NCBI RefSeq assembly: GCF_006345805.1
Contig: NW_021833258.1
Span: forward strand, 84,239 to 148,238
DNA: 64,000 bases
Direction of reading: 5' to 3'
Origin: Octopus sinensis
Taxonomy: Eukaryota
Under the pieces are notes generated by a model that saw nothing but the letters and a program-made list of their open reading frames with translations, had not been told where the DNA came from and ran no database searches. The stretch's first letter is position 1; each line of letters starts with the position of its first letter. Both the position numbers and the translations under genes were made by a program. This document shows, one piece after another, positions 1-12,940 of this stretch.

Positions 1-465
1 AGAAGTCGAAGAATTTCTTAATTTTGAATATTCTGAAAATGATACATTTCAAGACGTTGAGGATATTGAAAATATAAAAAATGAAGAAGAAGTAGAAGCT
101 GAAGTAGAATCCAATGAAGTAGAATCCAATGATTCAATTGACAAATAAGACATTGTGGTTTAGTTAACTAAAATTGAAAACGACCTCCTAAAAAACATTG
201 AGAACGAACATGAAGTTCAATTGATTACATCCATAAGGCGCTATAAGGAAAATGTCATTAAAACTCAAAAAAAGCAGATGGGCATCCAATTCTACTTTAA
301 GAACATTAATAATGCTTAATTACTTAAAATTTTCTGGATAAAAGTTGTTCTTATTCAAAATTTAATTTACACAAAAGATTGATTTTATTTCTCAAATTGG
401 CCATTTCTCGAATTGACCACAAAAACACGTGGAACCAAAAATGGCCAATTTCAGAGGAGTCACTG
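1..465 (+). mobile_element. pogo/Tigger-type DNA transposon, right end
   Basis: Decayed acidic transposase tail, then terminal tggccaatttcagaggagtcactg (reverse complement CAGTGACTCCTCTGAAATTGGCCA) ending at 465 and followed by TA. Left end lies outside the window. Confidence 0.65.
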
Positions 466-468
466 TAG

Positions 469-2520
469 TTGGAAAAAGGGAACACTACACCAGAGAGTAA
501 AGCTTTGTATTGCTTTTTGAAAAATAAAAATTTGTTCTTTTCTGTGCGTGGTGCGCTGTGTGATCAATGGAAGATAGCTAAGAAGACAGTAGATCACATA
601 ACTACGCAGTGCAACAGAATGCTAAACAGTGACTATGTGAGGAGACAGAACAAAGTTGTGAGATGCATCTATTTGTACGTATGCAGACAGTTTGGAGTAA
701 AGAAAACTGGAAAATTAAAATCCCAATCAGTACAATCTATTTTATCGATTTAAAATGTCGAGATACATACCGATACATCAATAGATAGATACAGTCAAAC
801 CCCGTTTACTCGCCAAATTTGGGACCAAGCCAAAAATGGCGAGTAACTGAATTTGGCGAGTAACTGAATAATCAATATCAAATTTTAATCAAATTTTATA
901 TTCACAAAATTAAAAATAATTAAACTAAATAATAAAAAAATCATTATTTCGAAAATAAAGAGTCAAATTACGAATTTAGACTAAAATAATCGTTCAATGT
1001 TGTTTTTTTAGTAAACGTCGTATCTTCGATTAATTGATTGATCATTTGAATTGCGTTAATATTAAAAATATCGTCTTGAGTATAGTACTTTTTTATATTA
1101 TGCAACATTTTAAACGCATCTTCATGATTTATTTCATTCGCAGGTGTTTTCTCTTCAAAAATACCACGTGTTTGTTTCTCATTTACGTCATCATCGTTTT
1201 TGAGGGATTCTTCCACTTCGTCTATTTCAGTGTACGTGTAATCAAGAAAATCTGTTTGTTCCATTGGATCCAAAATATTCAATTGCTTTATTGTCTCCTC
1301 ATATTTCTCAATCGTATAGTTAGAAGATTGAATTTGCTCTTCACATGGAATCCACTTAGCATGCCTGAAACAATTTTTGATAGTTTCTTCGGTGACTTCA
1401 TTTCAACCAAAATAGGTAAATAAAACTCCATCTTTAAGTGTTAAATTTTTGTATGATTCATGAATGCCATATCCGCATTCAATTTTCTGAAGAACTTATT
1501 GAATTTAGTTTTAAAGGAACGAATTATTCCTTGATCCATCGGCTGCAATATTGTTGAGGTGTTCGGAGGAAGAAAAAGAATTTCAATAAATTTTAATTCG
1601 ATTAATATTTTATGTGATGGGCATTGGTCAATAATTAAAAGAATTTTTCTTTTTTAATTCAATATCCCAATGATAAAGCCATTCATTAAAATTTTTTGAG
1701 TCATCCATGCTTTTGAGGAATGACAGTATTTTAAATATTGCAGGGAATTTCTAGTGCAGGGAATTTTCCGCAAGATAAACGACTGTTTCCCCCAAAAATT
1801 GGATTAATAGAGGCTATTTCGCTTTTATTTATTTTTAGATCGTTTAGGCATCTTCTGGAAATTTTTTTCTTCAAAATACTCGAGAAAATTGAGGCAATTC
1901 GATTTAAGCTAAGAACCTTATTTTCATCAATGAAATTTAAAATTCTTTGCTTTTCCTCAAAAGATAACCGAGTACACTTCCGCATGGTTAATAAATGTGG
2001 AAATTATTTTATTGTTTTAAATTAAACCATTTTATTTCAAATTAAAAATTAAAAATAGTGGCGAGTAACTGAAACTGGCGAGTAACTGAATTCTTCTTAT
2101 AAAATTTGATTTTTCGTTAAAAAAGTGGCGACTAACTGAGGTGGCGAGTAAGTGGGGTGGCGACTAACCGGGGTTTGACTGTATTTAAGTTCAGTTCAAT
2201 AAGTCTGATATTTTTATCCACAAGTTGAAGAATGAGATTTCCATAATTGACTTGGAAATTAAATCGCATGAGAGACTTAACAAACCAAAGTGGAAAAATT
2301 ACATAAATATGATTTTCTAGCTGGGGCACCTGTGAAGATAATTCCAATATGCTGACGTGAGACGGGGTAGTTTCAAAGTGTTACATAGGCTATATGGAAA
2401 AATTATCAGGTAAGGCCCGGCGAGAACATACATCCAGGCACTTGTGATGACAAAGACACTAGAAAACATGGTAGTAGAGCATAGGCATGATATTCATACG
2501 CCTCAAGAAATCATTACAGT
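469..2520 (+). mobile_element. R4/Dong-like non-LTR retrotransposon 3' fragment (CCHC knuckle plus restriction-like endonuclease), split by a Tigger insertion
   Basis: 469-791 reads KKTVDHITTQCNRMLNSDYVRRQNKVVRC...VEIHTDT. After the insert (2184 onward) it continues VQFNKSDIFIHK...VKIIP...RTYIQALVMTKTLENMVVEHRH, matching the copies at 37.6-38.7, 44.6-45.1 and 57-59 kb. Confidence 0.8.
792..2181 (-). mobile_element. Tigger/pogo DNA transposon, internally deleted, both ends present
   Basis: TIRs CAGTCAAACCCCG at 792 and cggggtttgactg ending at 2181. TA on both sides (790-791, 2182-2183). Subterminal ggcgagtaactgaa repeats. Minus strand has a CENP-B-like HTH start (MRKCTRLSFEEKQRIL) and DDE_1 remnants (LFLPPNTSTILQPMDQGII). 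Confidence 0.9.
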
Positions 2521-3237
2521 AGGGGTGACGGCGCATTTCTTGGTCGATCGCCTTCGAATAATTTTTTATTAGATATCCAATGGTTTTTAATATTTCTTTT
2601 TGAATTAAAATACGTCACTTTAATTTTTTTAGAACAAACTCCACTATACATTGATAAAGTAATGGTTCATGCACTTCCAACAAAGTTTTATTCTAAACAA
2701 CTCAAAATATACTTAAATACTATAAAATATGTGAAATACTATCAGATAGTCGAATAAATCAAGGCTTTAGAAATCTGTTAAAACTTTTTATAGACAAATA
2801 TTTATTTTGAAATTTCATTCTTGTATTAATTCGCTAGAGCTACACTAATGGGCCATCTTGTTATTATTACTTTCTGGCATAGTTTCTAGTCAATACTAGG
2901 CGAAAATATTGTAAGAAAATATTTTGGAGTCTTCAAGAGAGCTTTCCTTTCGTAATCTTGTGTAAATGTTTAAACAATAATATAAAAAGTGTAAAGATAG
3001 CAATGTATTAAATGAGACAGGTAATCATTTTCTATCTGACATTTATTCAATTTATTAAGGAATCTAATTTCTGATTGATGGAAATTTATTTTAAGAAATG
3101 ACTTAAGTAACTTGATTGTAAAAGATATCAAAATTACTGTCACTATATAATTGAAAGATTTACATAATGACTTTGAATCAATCAGATCACGAAGTATTTG
3201 ATATCCTTTTTAAGCTGACAGTAATTTCCCGTCAGAA

Positions 3238-4335
3238 ATGCTAAGCGATAATAAGAAGTTTTGTAAAATTGCGAAAAAAGTCCTGGAAAATAATAAAAAT
3301 AAAGTTGGCTTCAAAAATAGCAACAATTCGTTATTTTGCTTCAGTCCGAATAATGCTGTGAGAAAATGGTGTTTGAAACTGATTGATTCAAAACCGTTTG
3401 AGTACTTTGTGTTGATTTCAATAATCGTAAACTGCATTTTACTTGCAATGAACACACCAGCCCCTAACGAAGATACAAATTCTGCAAATATCATTTTGGA
3501 ACGAATCGAATATGTTTTTGTTGTCTTGTTTTCTCTTGCTTTTTATTGACTGATTATTGCTTTTATGTTTCTAAACACGTTTCTAATCTTGTTCGATCAT
3601 CACGGCGAACCTGAATGGCTAACAGAATTCCAAGGTCATCAAATCTTTTAAAAATAGTTTTAGAAATCGGAAATATGTTTTTCGTCACTGTATTTGCACT
3701 TAAAGTGCTGTTTAAAATGTACGGACTCGGAACTCATGAATATTTTACCTCCTACTTTAATCAATTTGACTTGGTCGTTATGATTTGTAGCATTGGAGAA
3801 TTATTTCTGTCCAAATTCCACGTGATGAGTCCTTTGGGATGAGTGCTACCAGACTCCTTCGGGTGTTTAAAGTAACAAGGTTTTGTTATTTTGATATTTC
3901 CAGGTATTGGACACCACTACGGAATCTTGTAATGTCTTTGGTGAGCAGTCTCAAGTCCATAGCAAGTCTGTTGCTGCTTTTATTCCTTTTGATAACAATT
4001 TTTTCGTTACTTGGAATGCAACTCTTTGGAGGGCGCTTGGACACTTCGGAAGGGAAAATTCGCAGCAATTTTGATGGCATTTGGCAGGCTCTGATAACCG
4101 TGTTTCAGGTTGATAGTACATAGTATTGCAGATATTGACCGGAGAAGACTGGAATGTGGTCATGTACGCGGGAATCAACAGCTACGGAGGAATTTATTCT
4201 TCCGGAGCCTTGGTTGCACTTTACTTTGTGGTATTATTTATATGTGGGAATTGTATCAATTTTGAATTTTAATATTAAGACGTACTATTGAATTTATTTC
4301 TTGCAATAGCCGTGCATAATTTTACTGAGATGCAA
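3238..4335 (+). pseudogene. Voltage-gated calcium channel alpha1 (Cav1/Cav2-type) fragment; repeat I S1-S2 fused to repeat II
   Basis: SKPFEYFVLISIIVNCILLAMNTP (IS1); HHGEPEWLTEFQ (IIS1-S2); [12 protein letters not shown] (IIS4); [13 protein letters not shown] (II pore loop with E). GT-AG introns at 3635-3663, 3880-3903, 4109-4131, 4253-4279. TGA at the conserved FYW tryptophan and a frameshift after VMSPLG. Confidence 0.85.
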
Positions 4336-4539
4336 ACTGACTCAGACGCAAAAATCAAAGAAAATAAAAACGTTCAAACAATGTTGATTATTTCTAGGAC
4401 ACTGACATGTCTATCAACAAGAGTCATCAAAACATAGTTTGCCAATAAATAAAATAGAAATAAAAAAATAAATCTATCTAAATCTAGAATAGAAATATTA
4501 AAACAAACAGTAATACATAACAATCTAATTTGCCAATTT

Positions 4540-5560
4540 AAAAAGATCTTAAATTCGTTATTAAATACAAATAAACCCGACAAGAAGAGTATAGGAATTT
4601 TAATCATAAAAATACTCATTAACGTTAAAATGAGTGTCCTTCGAGAAATTGGATTTATTAGGCAAACTGTCACTGACGGATTGGAGAGAGTTGGTGACGG
4701 AATGAGTCACCTCCTTGTATCTACATTTCTCTCTCTTTGGCTGCCTATTCTCTCTCCTTGGCCAGTCTTTAGAGTTTCTCAAAATTCCTAAGGACCTTGT
4801 TAGCCCCCAATCCTTTCGTGGGGAAGTAAGGGATACTTGTGGGACAGTTACTGAAAACTTGCCGGATTTAGCCAAACTAAATCCACTTGCAGGGACTTTT
4901 GTGTGGTGCCGGGAATTGCATGTTTGTTAAAGTAGTGTGCATATTTGTGAGAAATGAAGACTGACTGCTTGCATATTCCTGGTTTGGTTGGAATAGTTAT
5001 ACTTGGTTTCCTGGCTGGTTTAATATTTGTTTAAAAACATCAATTAATTCTTCTTTGGTTGATGCGTTCACAGCACTTTAAAATACACCACGTCAGCAAA
5101 TATGTTTAAATTTTATTTATTTATCAAATAAATTTTAAGTTTGCTATACAAATAATCTAATGATGACATTGAAGGAAATACGAATATTAATAAATAATAG
5201 AATTTTCAAAATCTTTTTCCCTTATAATTAGCCAATAATGTGAAACAAGCCCAAAATGATGAGGTCCTCTAAAAATACAACTTCTAACAACTCTCAGACT
5301 GTACCTCAAACCTGCAAATAAAGAAAGGTTGTATCTAAATTTGAGATAGGCAGATTTTATTTACAAGATAATGCTTTCATTGAAGTTATTGGGTTTTGAC
5401 TTTATTGGCGCTTTATCCACGCTTCCCCAGTCACAATAAACTCCCTCTAAAAACAACGTCAGTTTTCCTTGGTACTATGTTATAGGCATGGATATAAAAC
5501 GGCCCAGTTGACAAATTTGACAACAAACTTGATGTCAGAATTTTCCGATACCTTTTCAAT
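4540..5560 (-). mobile_element. Highly decayed CR1/L2-like LINE remnant
   Basis: Weak RT-like motifs (LFLEGVYCDWGSV; CNSRHHTK..FSL..SFQ) in broken frames. Confidence 0.3.
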
Positions 5561-5699
5561 AGACAATAATGAAAGAAAAAATAATAATTTTTTTTTTAAA
5601 ATTTGATTGAGCTGATGTTAAAAACAACAGAACTCAAAATGGATGACAACGTAAACCCTACACCCGATGTAGCTTCAAACATTATTTTAATTGAAACAT

Positions 5700-6220
5700 A
5701 ATTCTACTTGGATATTTTAGGGCCGAAGGCTCCGGAGGTCTCGAAAGCCAAAAGGACAAAGGAATGCTAGGCAGCGAGAGGAGCCACTGTGTTTGTGTGC
5801 GGCGGGAAGCAAACACGCCATGCGTTGCTGGTCCAGTAGAAGCTGTGGCATGGAAAAAAGTGTCCTGTCCAGATCTCGTCGCAGTCCCTTTCTCAGAATA
5901 TCTCAGAAAAGTTTCGGTGGCGGTCCAAAATTTTTGCAGGCAATCAGTCAGTAAATCCAGAGAGAGTTTGTTTAAGAGGACTAGAGCCTCTCGGATAAGC
6001 TGACGGCTTCTGGAAACTGAGGAGAAGTGAGCAAGTTCAGAACTGCCTCCGTGGACAATTTCAGGGCGGTTTCCATGGAAGATAGCATGGCAGGCAGCGG
6101 AGCGTTTATAGCAGTTTGGGCATATACTGCTTTTCATGAGGAAGAAGGCGATGTCGGGATCTAGTATCGAGGTCAGCCAGGGGCTATTACTTGAATCGAT
6201 AAATTTTGTTTTTCCCAAAT
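5700..6220 (-). mobile_element. CRE-like non-LTR retrotransposon, RT/thumb fragment
   Basis: DIAFFLMKSSICPKLL.TLRCLPC (across a frameshift) parallels TALFLLRNCFSIQKLSYLLRSFPC in the CRE ORF at 60064-60888. Locally raised GC. Confidence 0.6.
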
Positions 6221-6399
6221 ACGTGATTTTGAAGGAATATAGGCACGTGGAGTTTATTTTTTAGAGGTTTCTCAATTTTTAAAGAAAAGCTGTAAATAGA
6301 AAGAGGGAATCTTGTCTGGGAGATATAAAGTGACTGTTCGAGTCTTATTGTACATCAAGACAATCTTTGTAGCTATTTATGTGCCTTCTCAAATGATTT

Positions 6400-6950
6400 T
6401 TATATTTTTAGAGCATTTAGATGTCTATAGAATATTCTAACGCATTTTTTAATAATAGTGCTCGAAATTTCGTCAGGGTTCCATTTCCTGCTGCATGAAC
6501 ATCGTTATGAGGATTATTGTGATTGGATAAATATGTCTTTATCCCACTCTCGAGAATCGAAAAACAGCCTTCGCATGGATTAAGTTCTACTCGCACGCCT
6601 TCAAACTTTGCTTGTTTTTTATGGATTGGAGCATTATCTATTTCCAAAATAACGTTAAGATTCACTCCTTTGCTTGCCCTTGATGCAAAAAGTGTCGAAA
6701 TTGATGAAGAAATGTCAAAATTGATATAAAATCGTCAAACTTGAACTGAAAATGGTATAGTCGTGATATAATTGAGTATTTTGAGGATCTTCGCAAAATG
6801 AATCTTCACAGATACTGCCATGTCAAGACGTGAAAATACATCTCGAGGAATATCAGGACTCTGTGGCATGCATGCCCTTGGTGACGGAAGGACTCCTCTT
6901 GCCGACCATTGGATGTTCTGTGATGTCATAAGTTAACGGAATCTATGGAA
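6400..6950 (-). mobile_element. IS630/Tc1-like (DDE_3) transposase remnant
   Basis: VILEIDNAPIH and ELNPCEGCFSILESGIK resemble the DNA..H and LNPIE..F motifs. Confidence 0.65.
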
Positions 6951-7649
6951 ATTCAATATGCTTTTAACGTATTTTATGTGATCGGTTACTTAGGGTGATT
7001 ATGTGTAGAATACTGATTATTACGGCAATAATGTAAAACTCATTACTGAACTGGGAAGTAGGAACCCCCAAGACCGATGTCTATTCAAGTAGTTCCCAAG
7101 CTTTTAGAAAGCGGGGCACCCTAACGACATTTTCTTTGGCTTACGGAACCCATATATAGTTGTTAAAGTAGAAAAATCCACTTTCACAGAGATAATTCGG
7201 AGAAAACTGAAACAAAACTCTTAAAGCTTTGTTTTGCTATAATAGGATATTCGTTTGATGACAATCACCCAGAACGAATCAATATTCTGCTTTAAATATT
7301 CAATCTTTAATGTTCTGTTAGTTAGTTGGAGTCCTCTCATCGTCAAATGGTCTTCGACCGGAAGGATACAAGATTGCCAATGGCCGGTTGGCACAGTGCT
7401 ACCAATGGTATTGTGCTACCGGCTAAAAATGTCGAATAGTGCCACTCCTTGGTATTGTGAGACCGATTCAATAAAATGGGTGCTTCCCGGGACATATAAG
7501 GAAAAAGATGTCCTTTTTATTAAATGTTAATGTTCTGTCACTTGACATAAACGCAAGTTCTATCTCTTTTAATAATAGCCTGTTTCCAGTTATTTCGTAC
7601 TCACAAATGGATTTCTCACGCATAGAGTTCAACTGATATGGATGGAAAA

Positions 7650-8250
7650 TTATTTTCTGAACCTAAAAATAATGACTCCAAATGATCACTGATTATGAAA
7701 TAATTTGTGGAAATCGGCAGATAAATGGGGCTAAATCGTTTTATTTTCCAACAAGATTTGGCCCCCTGTCATAATTCACGGAGAACAAAACAATTTTTGG
7801 ATGAGAAAAAATTGAATTATTAAATTGGGCACCACAATCACCAGATTTGAACCCAATTGAACATGTGTGGAGCTACATAAAGGAAGAATTGAGTAAAAAA
7901 AAGCTGCATAGTAAAAAGGATTTATGCAAAAATATCATAAAAATTTGGGACGAAATACCAATGAAATTTGTGAGAAAATTAACTAAAGCATGCCAGGAAG
8001 AAGCATTGAGCTTTATAAGGCACACGGAGGACACATTAATTATTAATCATTTGACTTTTTTTCTAATCCGGTTTTTTTTACACAGAAAAAATTTAATAAA
8101 GTTATTTTAGCTGTACAAAAAGATTATTGAAAAATTATAAAAAGAAAAGTTACAAAGATTATCATTATAAATTAAAAAAAGTCTAAAATTAAAAACAGAA
8201 TATCAAAAAAATTAAGCATTCGAAAATCCGGTTTTTTATTACATGGAGTG
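7650..8250 (+). mobile_element. Tc1-like transposon, 3' half with right TIR
   Basis: FQQDLAPCH...WAPQSPDLNPIEHVWSYIK. Terminal ccggttttttattacatggagtg ends at 8250, followed by TA. Confidence 0.85.
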
Positions 8251-8329
8251 TAATTTCTTTACACTTCCTTTCTTGTAATATTTTATTTTTTTTATAAAAA
8301 AACTATTTTGTCCGTATAACTCAACAGAT

Positions 8330-9324
8330 TTTTATTAAGGAAGTTATCCAACTTGTCTTGTATACAAAAGTCGACAATTCGTATCTTAGCTAATACAAAC
8401 AAATTAACATGTTTCCCTTCGAGAGCCATCTTATCTCAGTATGGAAAATCCAAACTGAATATTCTGCATTCTCACAAAGTTTAAAATTTAAACTTTAAAT
8501 AACTGTTTTAATTTCAATGGCATCATTTTGATATAACTGATAATTTTTACAACCATGTGCAAAGCAATAGTTCATAGCCAATAGTTTTTGAGACAAATGT
8601 TTCACGATGAAGAAAATGCGTGTGAAATACGTTTGAATTCATATTCTTCGCAACATAAACAACCCTTTAGCATGCCCCGTCATTGCTGGGGTACCATCAG
8701 TGCAGATGCCCACACATTCATTCCAATTCAACTGTATAAGCTCGAAATATGAATTTATAAGATTGAAATTTCATATTCCTTTGTTGTTTCGGACAACTCT
8801 GTTTAGCAAAAAAAACTTCAACAATGAATTTATCCTTCGTCCATATAGCAAACAAAAACAAGGAGTTGCAAAGCTAATATCTGAGCTTTTATCCACTTGA
8901 AACGCAAAATTTCAGATTTTTTTATCCGCCGAACCAAACTGGTTTCGACGTCATCAATAAAATATTTTTTTATAAAAAGATCAGAATGGTTGGAGGAGCG
9001 ATGAGGTGTAAGTTTCGTTGGAGCCATTGCACTATTCGCATGTTGTTCACCGCAAGAGTAGTATAGCGCAATCCAACTCTCCAGTCCATGTGAAACCAAA
9101 GGAAATATAACTTTCGCCATACGATCTAGCTTTACGATATGCTTTTCGCAAGACTCAATTTAGACATGCGAAAATGAAAATTAAAAATCACAAGTTAATT
9201 TAAAAAAGAAATTTGAAATTTAGTTTTGTAGATAATAGAAACAGATAATGAAAAATTATTCACAATATTTTAAACTTTGCGAAACCTCTAGAATTTTGTG
9301 TGGGACTCAGTTTGGGGAACACTG
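8330..9324 (-). mobile_element. hAT (Buster/Charlie) element, 5' end and fragmented transposase
   Basis: Left TIR CAGTGTTCCCCAAACT at 9324 (minus). ANSAMAPTKL...SNHSDL and ICTDGTPAMTGH motifs. Confidence 0.75.
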
Positions 9325-9487
9325 GGCTATAGAGACAAACCGTTTGAACAACATATACGTATATCATGACTGGGGCAACATTTTGTTGACTAAAAATACA
9401 AATTTCCCTTTAAAAGTCAATTTAATTGACCGTAAAATTTTAAAAATTGACTGAATAATGACATAAGAAATATTATTTATAACTTTA

Positions 9488-9520
9488 CAGTGCACGACAA
9501 AAGTAACCGGACAAGCCAGA
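9488..9520 (+). mobile_element. Orphan Tc1-type left TIR
   Basis: TA followed by CAGTGCACGACAAAAGTAACCGGACA. No partner end seen. Confidence 0.5.
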
Positions 9521-9759
9521 ATTTCCATTATTTTAGCCAATTTTAATGCTTTTTTAAAAAAATAGCTTCTTATTAATTAAAATATTCATTAAATAATATA
9601 TTTACTTTTTTAATTTTTCTTTTTTTTGAATAATCCATTAAATTTAAAGCACTTTCATATATAAACTACTCTTATGAAAATTTAAAGCAATTTTGTACAG
9701 CATTTATCGAGTTATTAACAATCAGGTAATATTTTTAAGATTTCTATCATTTGTTAAGA

Positions 9760-10461
9760 TTTTGTTTAAAATTGAAAATGATGCTCCACTGTCCACGATG
9801 TTACCTGCCATTCAATCAATAAAGAATAATCCAAAGATAAAATAAAATTTCTTCTTATTATTTTTGTGATACCATTAGAATTCATTCTTTTTTAACAATT
9901 TTTATTTCCATATGTCTTTTTTAAAATCCAAATTCTTCAAATAATTGTATGCTTTATTTATAGTAAAATTGTTCAATTCTATATCATCAACAAAATGTAA
10001 TAAAGGTGAATATTGTGATATTATCGTTGTTAAATCTTTTAAAGTTGTTCGTTAAATAAACATTCTTTCGCTCTTTTAATAATAAGCAAAGAATCTCCTT
10101 CTAAGAAAATGCATACTTGGATAACACTAGTCAGGTTTGTAGCATAATAAGAAACAGCTTTAAGCCATCTCCCCCATCTCGTAACTATTGGTTCTGGCGG
10201 TAATCCAATTTCTATCTAGAATTCTTCAATGTCTAACTCAGTCATCTTAATAAATAATGGCTAACAAATTAAAATTAATAAATAATGGCTAACAAATGTA
10301 AATGTCATTTAATATATAATAAAAAATGATTATTTTAATTTTAGTAATTATTTTAATTTGTTTATCTTTTTAAATTAATTAGGAGAAAAAAATTATTCAA
10401 ATTTGTATTTGTCGGCGGCACACTAGAAATCATCTCGCGGCACACCGTTTGACAACCTCTG
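9760..10461 (-). mobile_element. hAT terminus plus CGGBP1-like hAT transposase fragment
   Basis: PPEPIVTRWGRWLKAVSYYA motif near 10140-10200. hAT-type end CAGAGGTTGTCAAACGGTGTGCCGCG at 10461; a related end starts at 29771. Confidence 0.55.
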
Positions 10462-10636
10462 GATTAGAATATAATAATTTGAGAGTACATTCCGCAGAAA
10501 CCATATATGGAACAGCATCAATAATGAGGAGAGAAAAATTGTTTCTTTCAACATTAATTTTCCGAATATGTATCATTAATAATTTGATTGATGATAGAAG
10601 AATTTAGAGAAGAATCAATTTTTTCAAACTAGACAG

Positions 10637-12100
10637 TAGAGGTGCACCGATTAATCGGCCGATAATCGGTAATCGGCATATCGGCCACTTTGCCGATTAT
10701 CGGTAATCGGCAAAATCTGCCGATTATCGGTAATGTATTATTTTTCAGAAATACAATTGTATACAACAAACGTTAAAAAAACAAAATTTTTTTAAAAGAA
10801 TCAATAATAAAGTCTAATGTTTTTAAAATTATATTGAAGGTACATCATCATTTCTCCATTCTCTGGCAAAAGTCTATTTCTTTTCGGTTGATATATATTC
10901 CTCCAGTGCTTAAAACTCTTTCGCTTTCTACAGACGAAGCAGGAGCTGTAAATATTTCAACGCCATTTTACTTAAGCGGGGAAATATATTCGTGAAGTTC
11001 TTCCACCACGTAAATATATTATCAGTTCGTGGTATTAAATCTAGCTCTAAATAATTTTGAAGTTCCGTCAAATAGCAATGTTGGTAATTTTTTCTCTATG
11101 ACTTATTCGGTTAGAAGATGAAATTTGAGAAAATATTTCTTCAAATGTTAATGTTTCCGAATTTTGTATTTTTTGTCAAAGAAATGGCATTTTCAGATAA
11201 CTTCGTGTCAGGAAAATTACTATCCTTCATATATTTAACAATCAATTTTTTAATTCTTTCAATCATACAGTCTTATGAAATTTTGTTTTAAATCTGGGAT
11301 CCAATGTTGTTGTAATACATAGTGATTCGTTTTCAAAATAAAAGGTAAATCTTTTATCAATAGAGGACATTAATTTTCAATTTGTTTCTTTGATTTCATA
11401 AAATTCACAAGATTCTTTTGCCTTTTCAAGAAATAAAGAATTGTTTTGATTGAAGAATAATCATGGAAGCAGTAGCACTCCTTTTGCTCGCTTCAATTGT
11501 TATTTCCTCAAATGGTTTCAAAATTTTAACAATTTTTTCTGCTGTTATCCCTGTATATCTGATAATATTGAAAGATTATTATCAATTGCATATGTTACGA
11601 GAGCTTTTCGTTGTTCGATCACTCTCGATAACATGTAATAAGTAGAATTCCATCTGAATTATTTTTGATTTATGATCGTCAATATTCCACATATTTTTCT
11701 TTTCTATAACTTGAGTAAGTGTTAACTGCTTCAATTGAGCAAAAGGTCGTTTTTTCTGTAACACAATTTGTTCTTCAGCTAATTGTTCACTATGATAAAC
11801 CCTAAGATGATTTATCATATTAGATGTTGTAAATGTCTTTCGCGTTCGTCCTCCTCTTGATATTAAAATATCGCATAATTTACATACGCAAAAAACGAAT
11901 TATCGTCTGAGACATCAAAAAATTCCATACACGCTCGACATGTTAAACAAAATATTTAATTACATTTTTAATAAAATAAATTACATATAAATATATTTTT
12001 ATGTATAATATAATGGCCGATTAATCGGTATCGGTATCAGTGAAATTGGCCGATAATCGGTAATCGGCAAAATCTAAAAATGGTTATCGGTGCATCACTA
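10637..12100 (-). mobile_element. hAT (Ac-type, BED finger) element, internally deleted, both ends present
   Basis: Imperfect TIRs TAGAGGTGCACCGAT / TAGTGATGCACCGAT. Exact 8-bp TSD CTAGACAG (10629-10636, 12101-12108). Subterminal ccgataatcggtaatcggc repeats. BED-finger (SNMINHLRVYH) and C-terminal (TAPASSVESER..KRNRLLPENGEMMMYL) remnants. Confidence 0.92.
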
Positions 12101-12940
12101 CTAGACAGTTAACATATTTGTTTCTCCCAACTTCAGTTTCGTTTACAATCAAAAAAATTTTAACAATTAAATTATTAAAATTAACTTTCACAATTCAAAT
12201 TAAATTAATTCCTTCCTCCGCAAATTCGTGGTCAAATTCTTCATGAGCACTCACGATCCTCGGAACAGTTTAGCGATTTGGCTGAACATCCCATCGGTTA
12301 AAAAAATTAAATATTTTTAAAATTTTTACTATATTGTAAATAACTCTGAATTAAAATTACATTTATTGACCCGAATCACGTCTCACAAATAACGGAAATT
12401 CAGAGTACAAAAGAACATCCGCTTGAAAATCGAAAATTGTCTTGAAAATAGAAATGAACTAAGAGATCAAAAAAGCAGAATCCTTTATGAAATAACAGTC
12501 CGGGTACGTTTAGTATGACGAAATACTTAGATGGAAAAGTCACCAAAATTGAAAAGCACTCGTCTCGGAGTCAAATGTTTATTGCTTTTGGATGTTTACC
12601 TGGGGTTTTCAAAACAGAAAAATATCGATATGGGAAGAATCGGAACACTTAATATTGGATGATGGAAATATAAATTCTCTTTTATCCAGCTCGCGGAAGA
12701 AGTGAGTTTGACACTTATGTGTTGATCGATGAAATTCGTAATTAGACAAAAATAATAAATTTGAAATAGAGGAATTTCTAGAAAACTTCAATATTAATAT
12801 TCAGAAAAACACAAAAATTGAAGATTCGATAATATGAACCGAAAATAAGTTATTTATAATAGTTGAACACAAACCAAGAGATAGCAACGAATTGTCAACT
12901 CTGATAGCCGTCACTTTTCTGCGGAAAATAAAATTTTATA

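Noticed and set aside
3547-3549. TGA read as Trp (alternative genetic code), suggested by TGA at conserved W sites in Cav and R4 (T*DG)
   Set aside because: These loci have other lesions. Intact XPNPEP3 and RING genes use TGG for Trp and end in TGA, so these are ordinary G-to-A decay.
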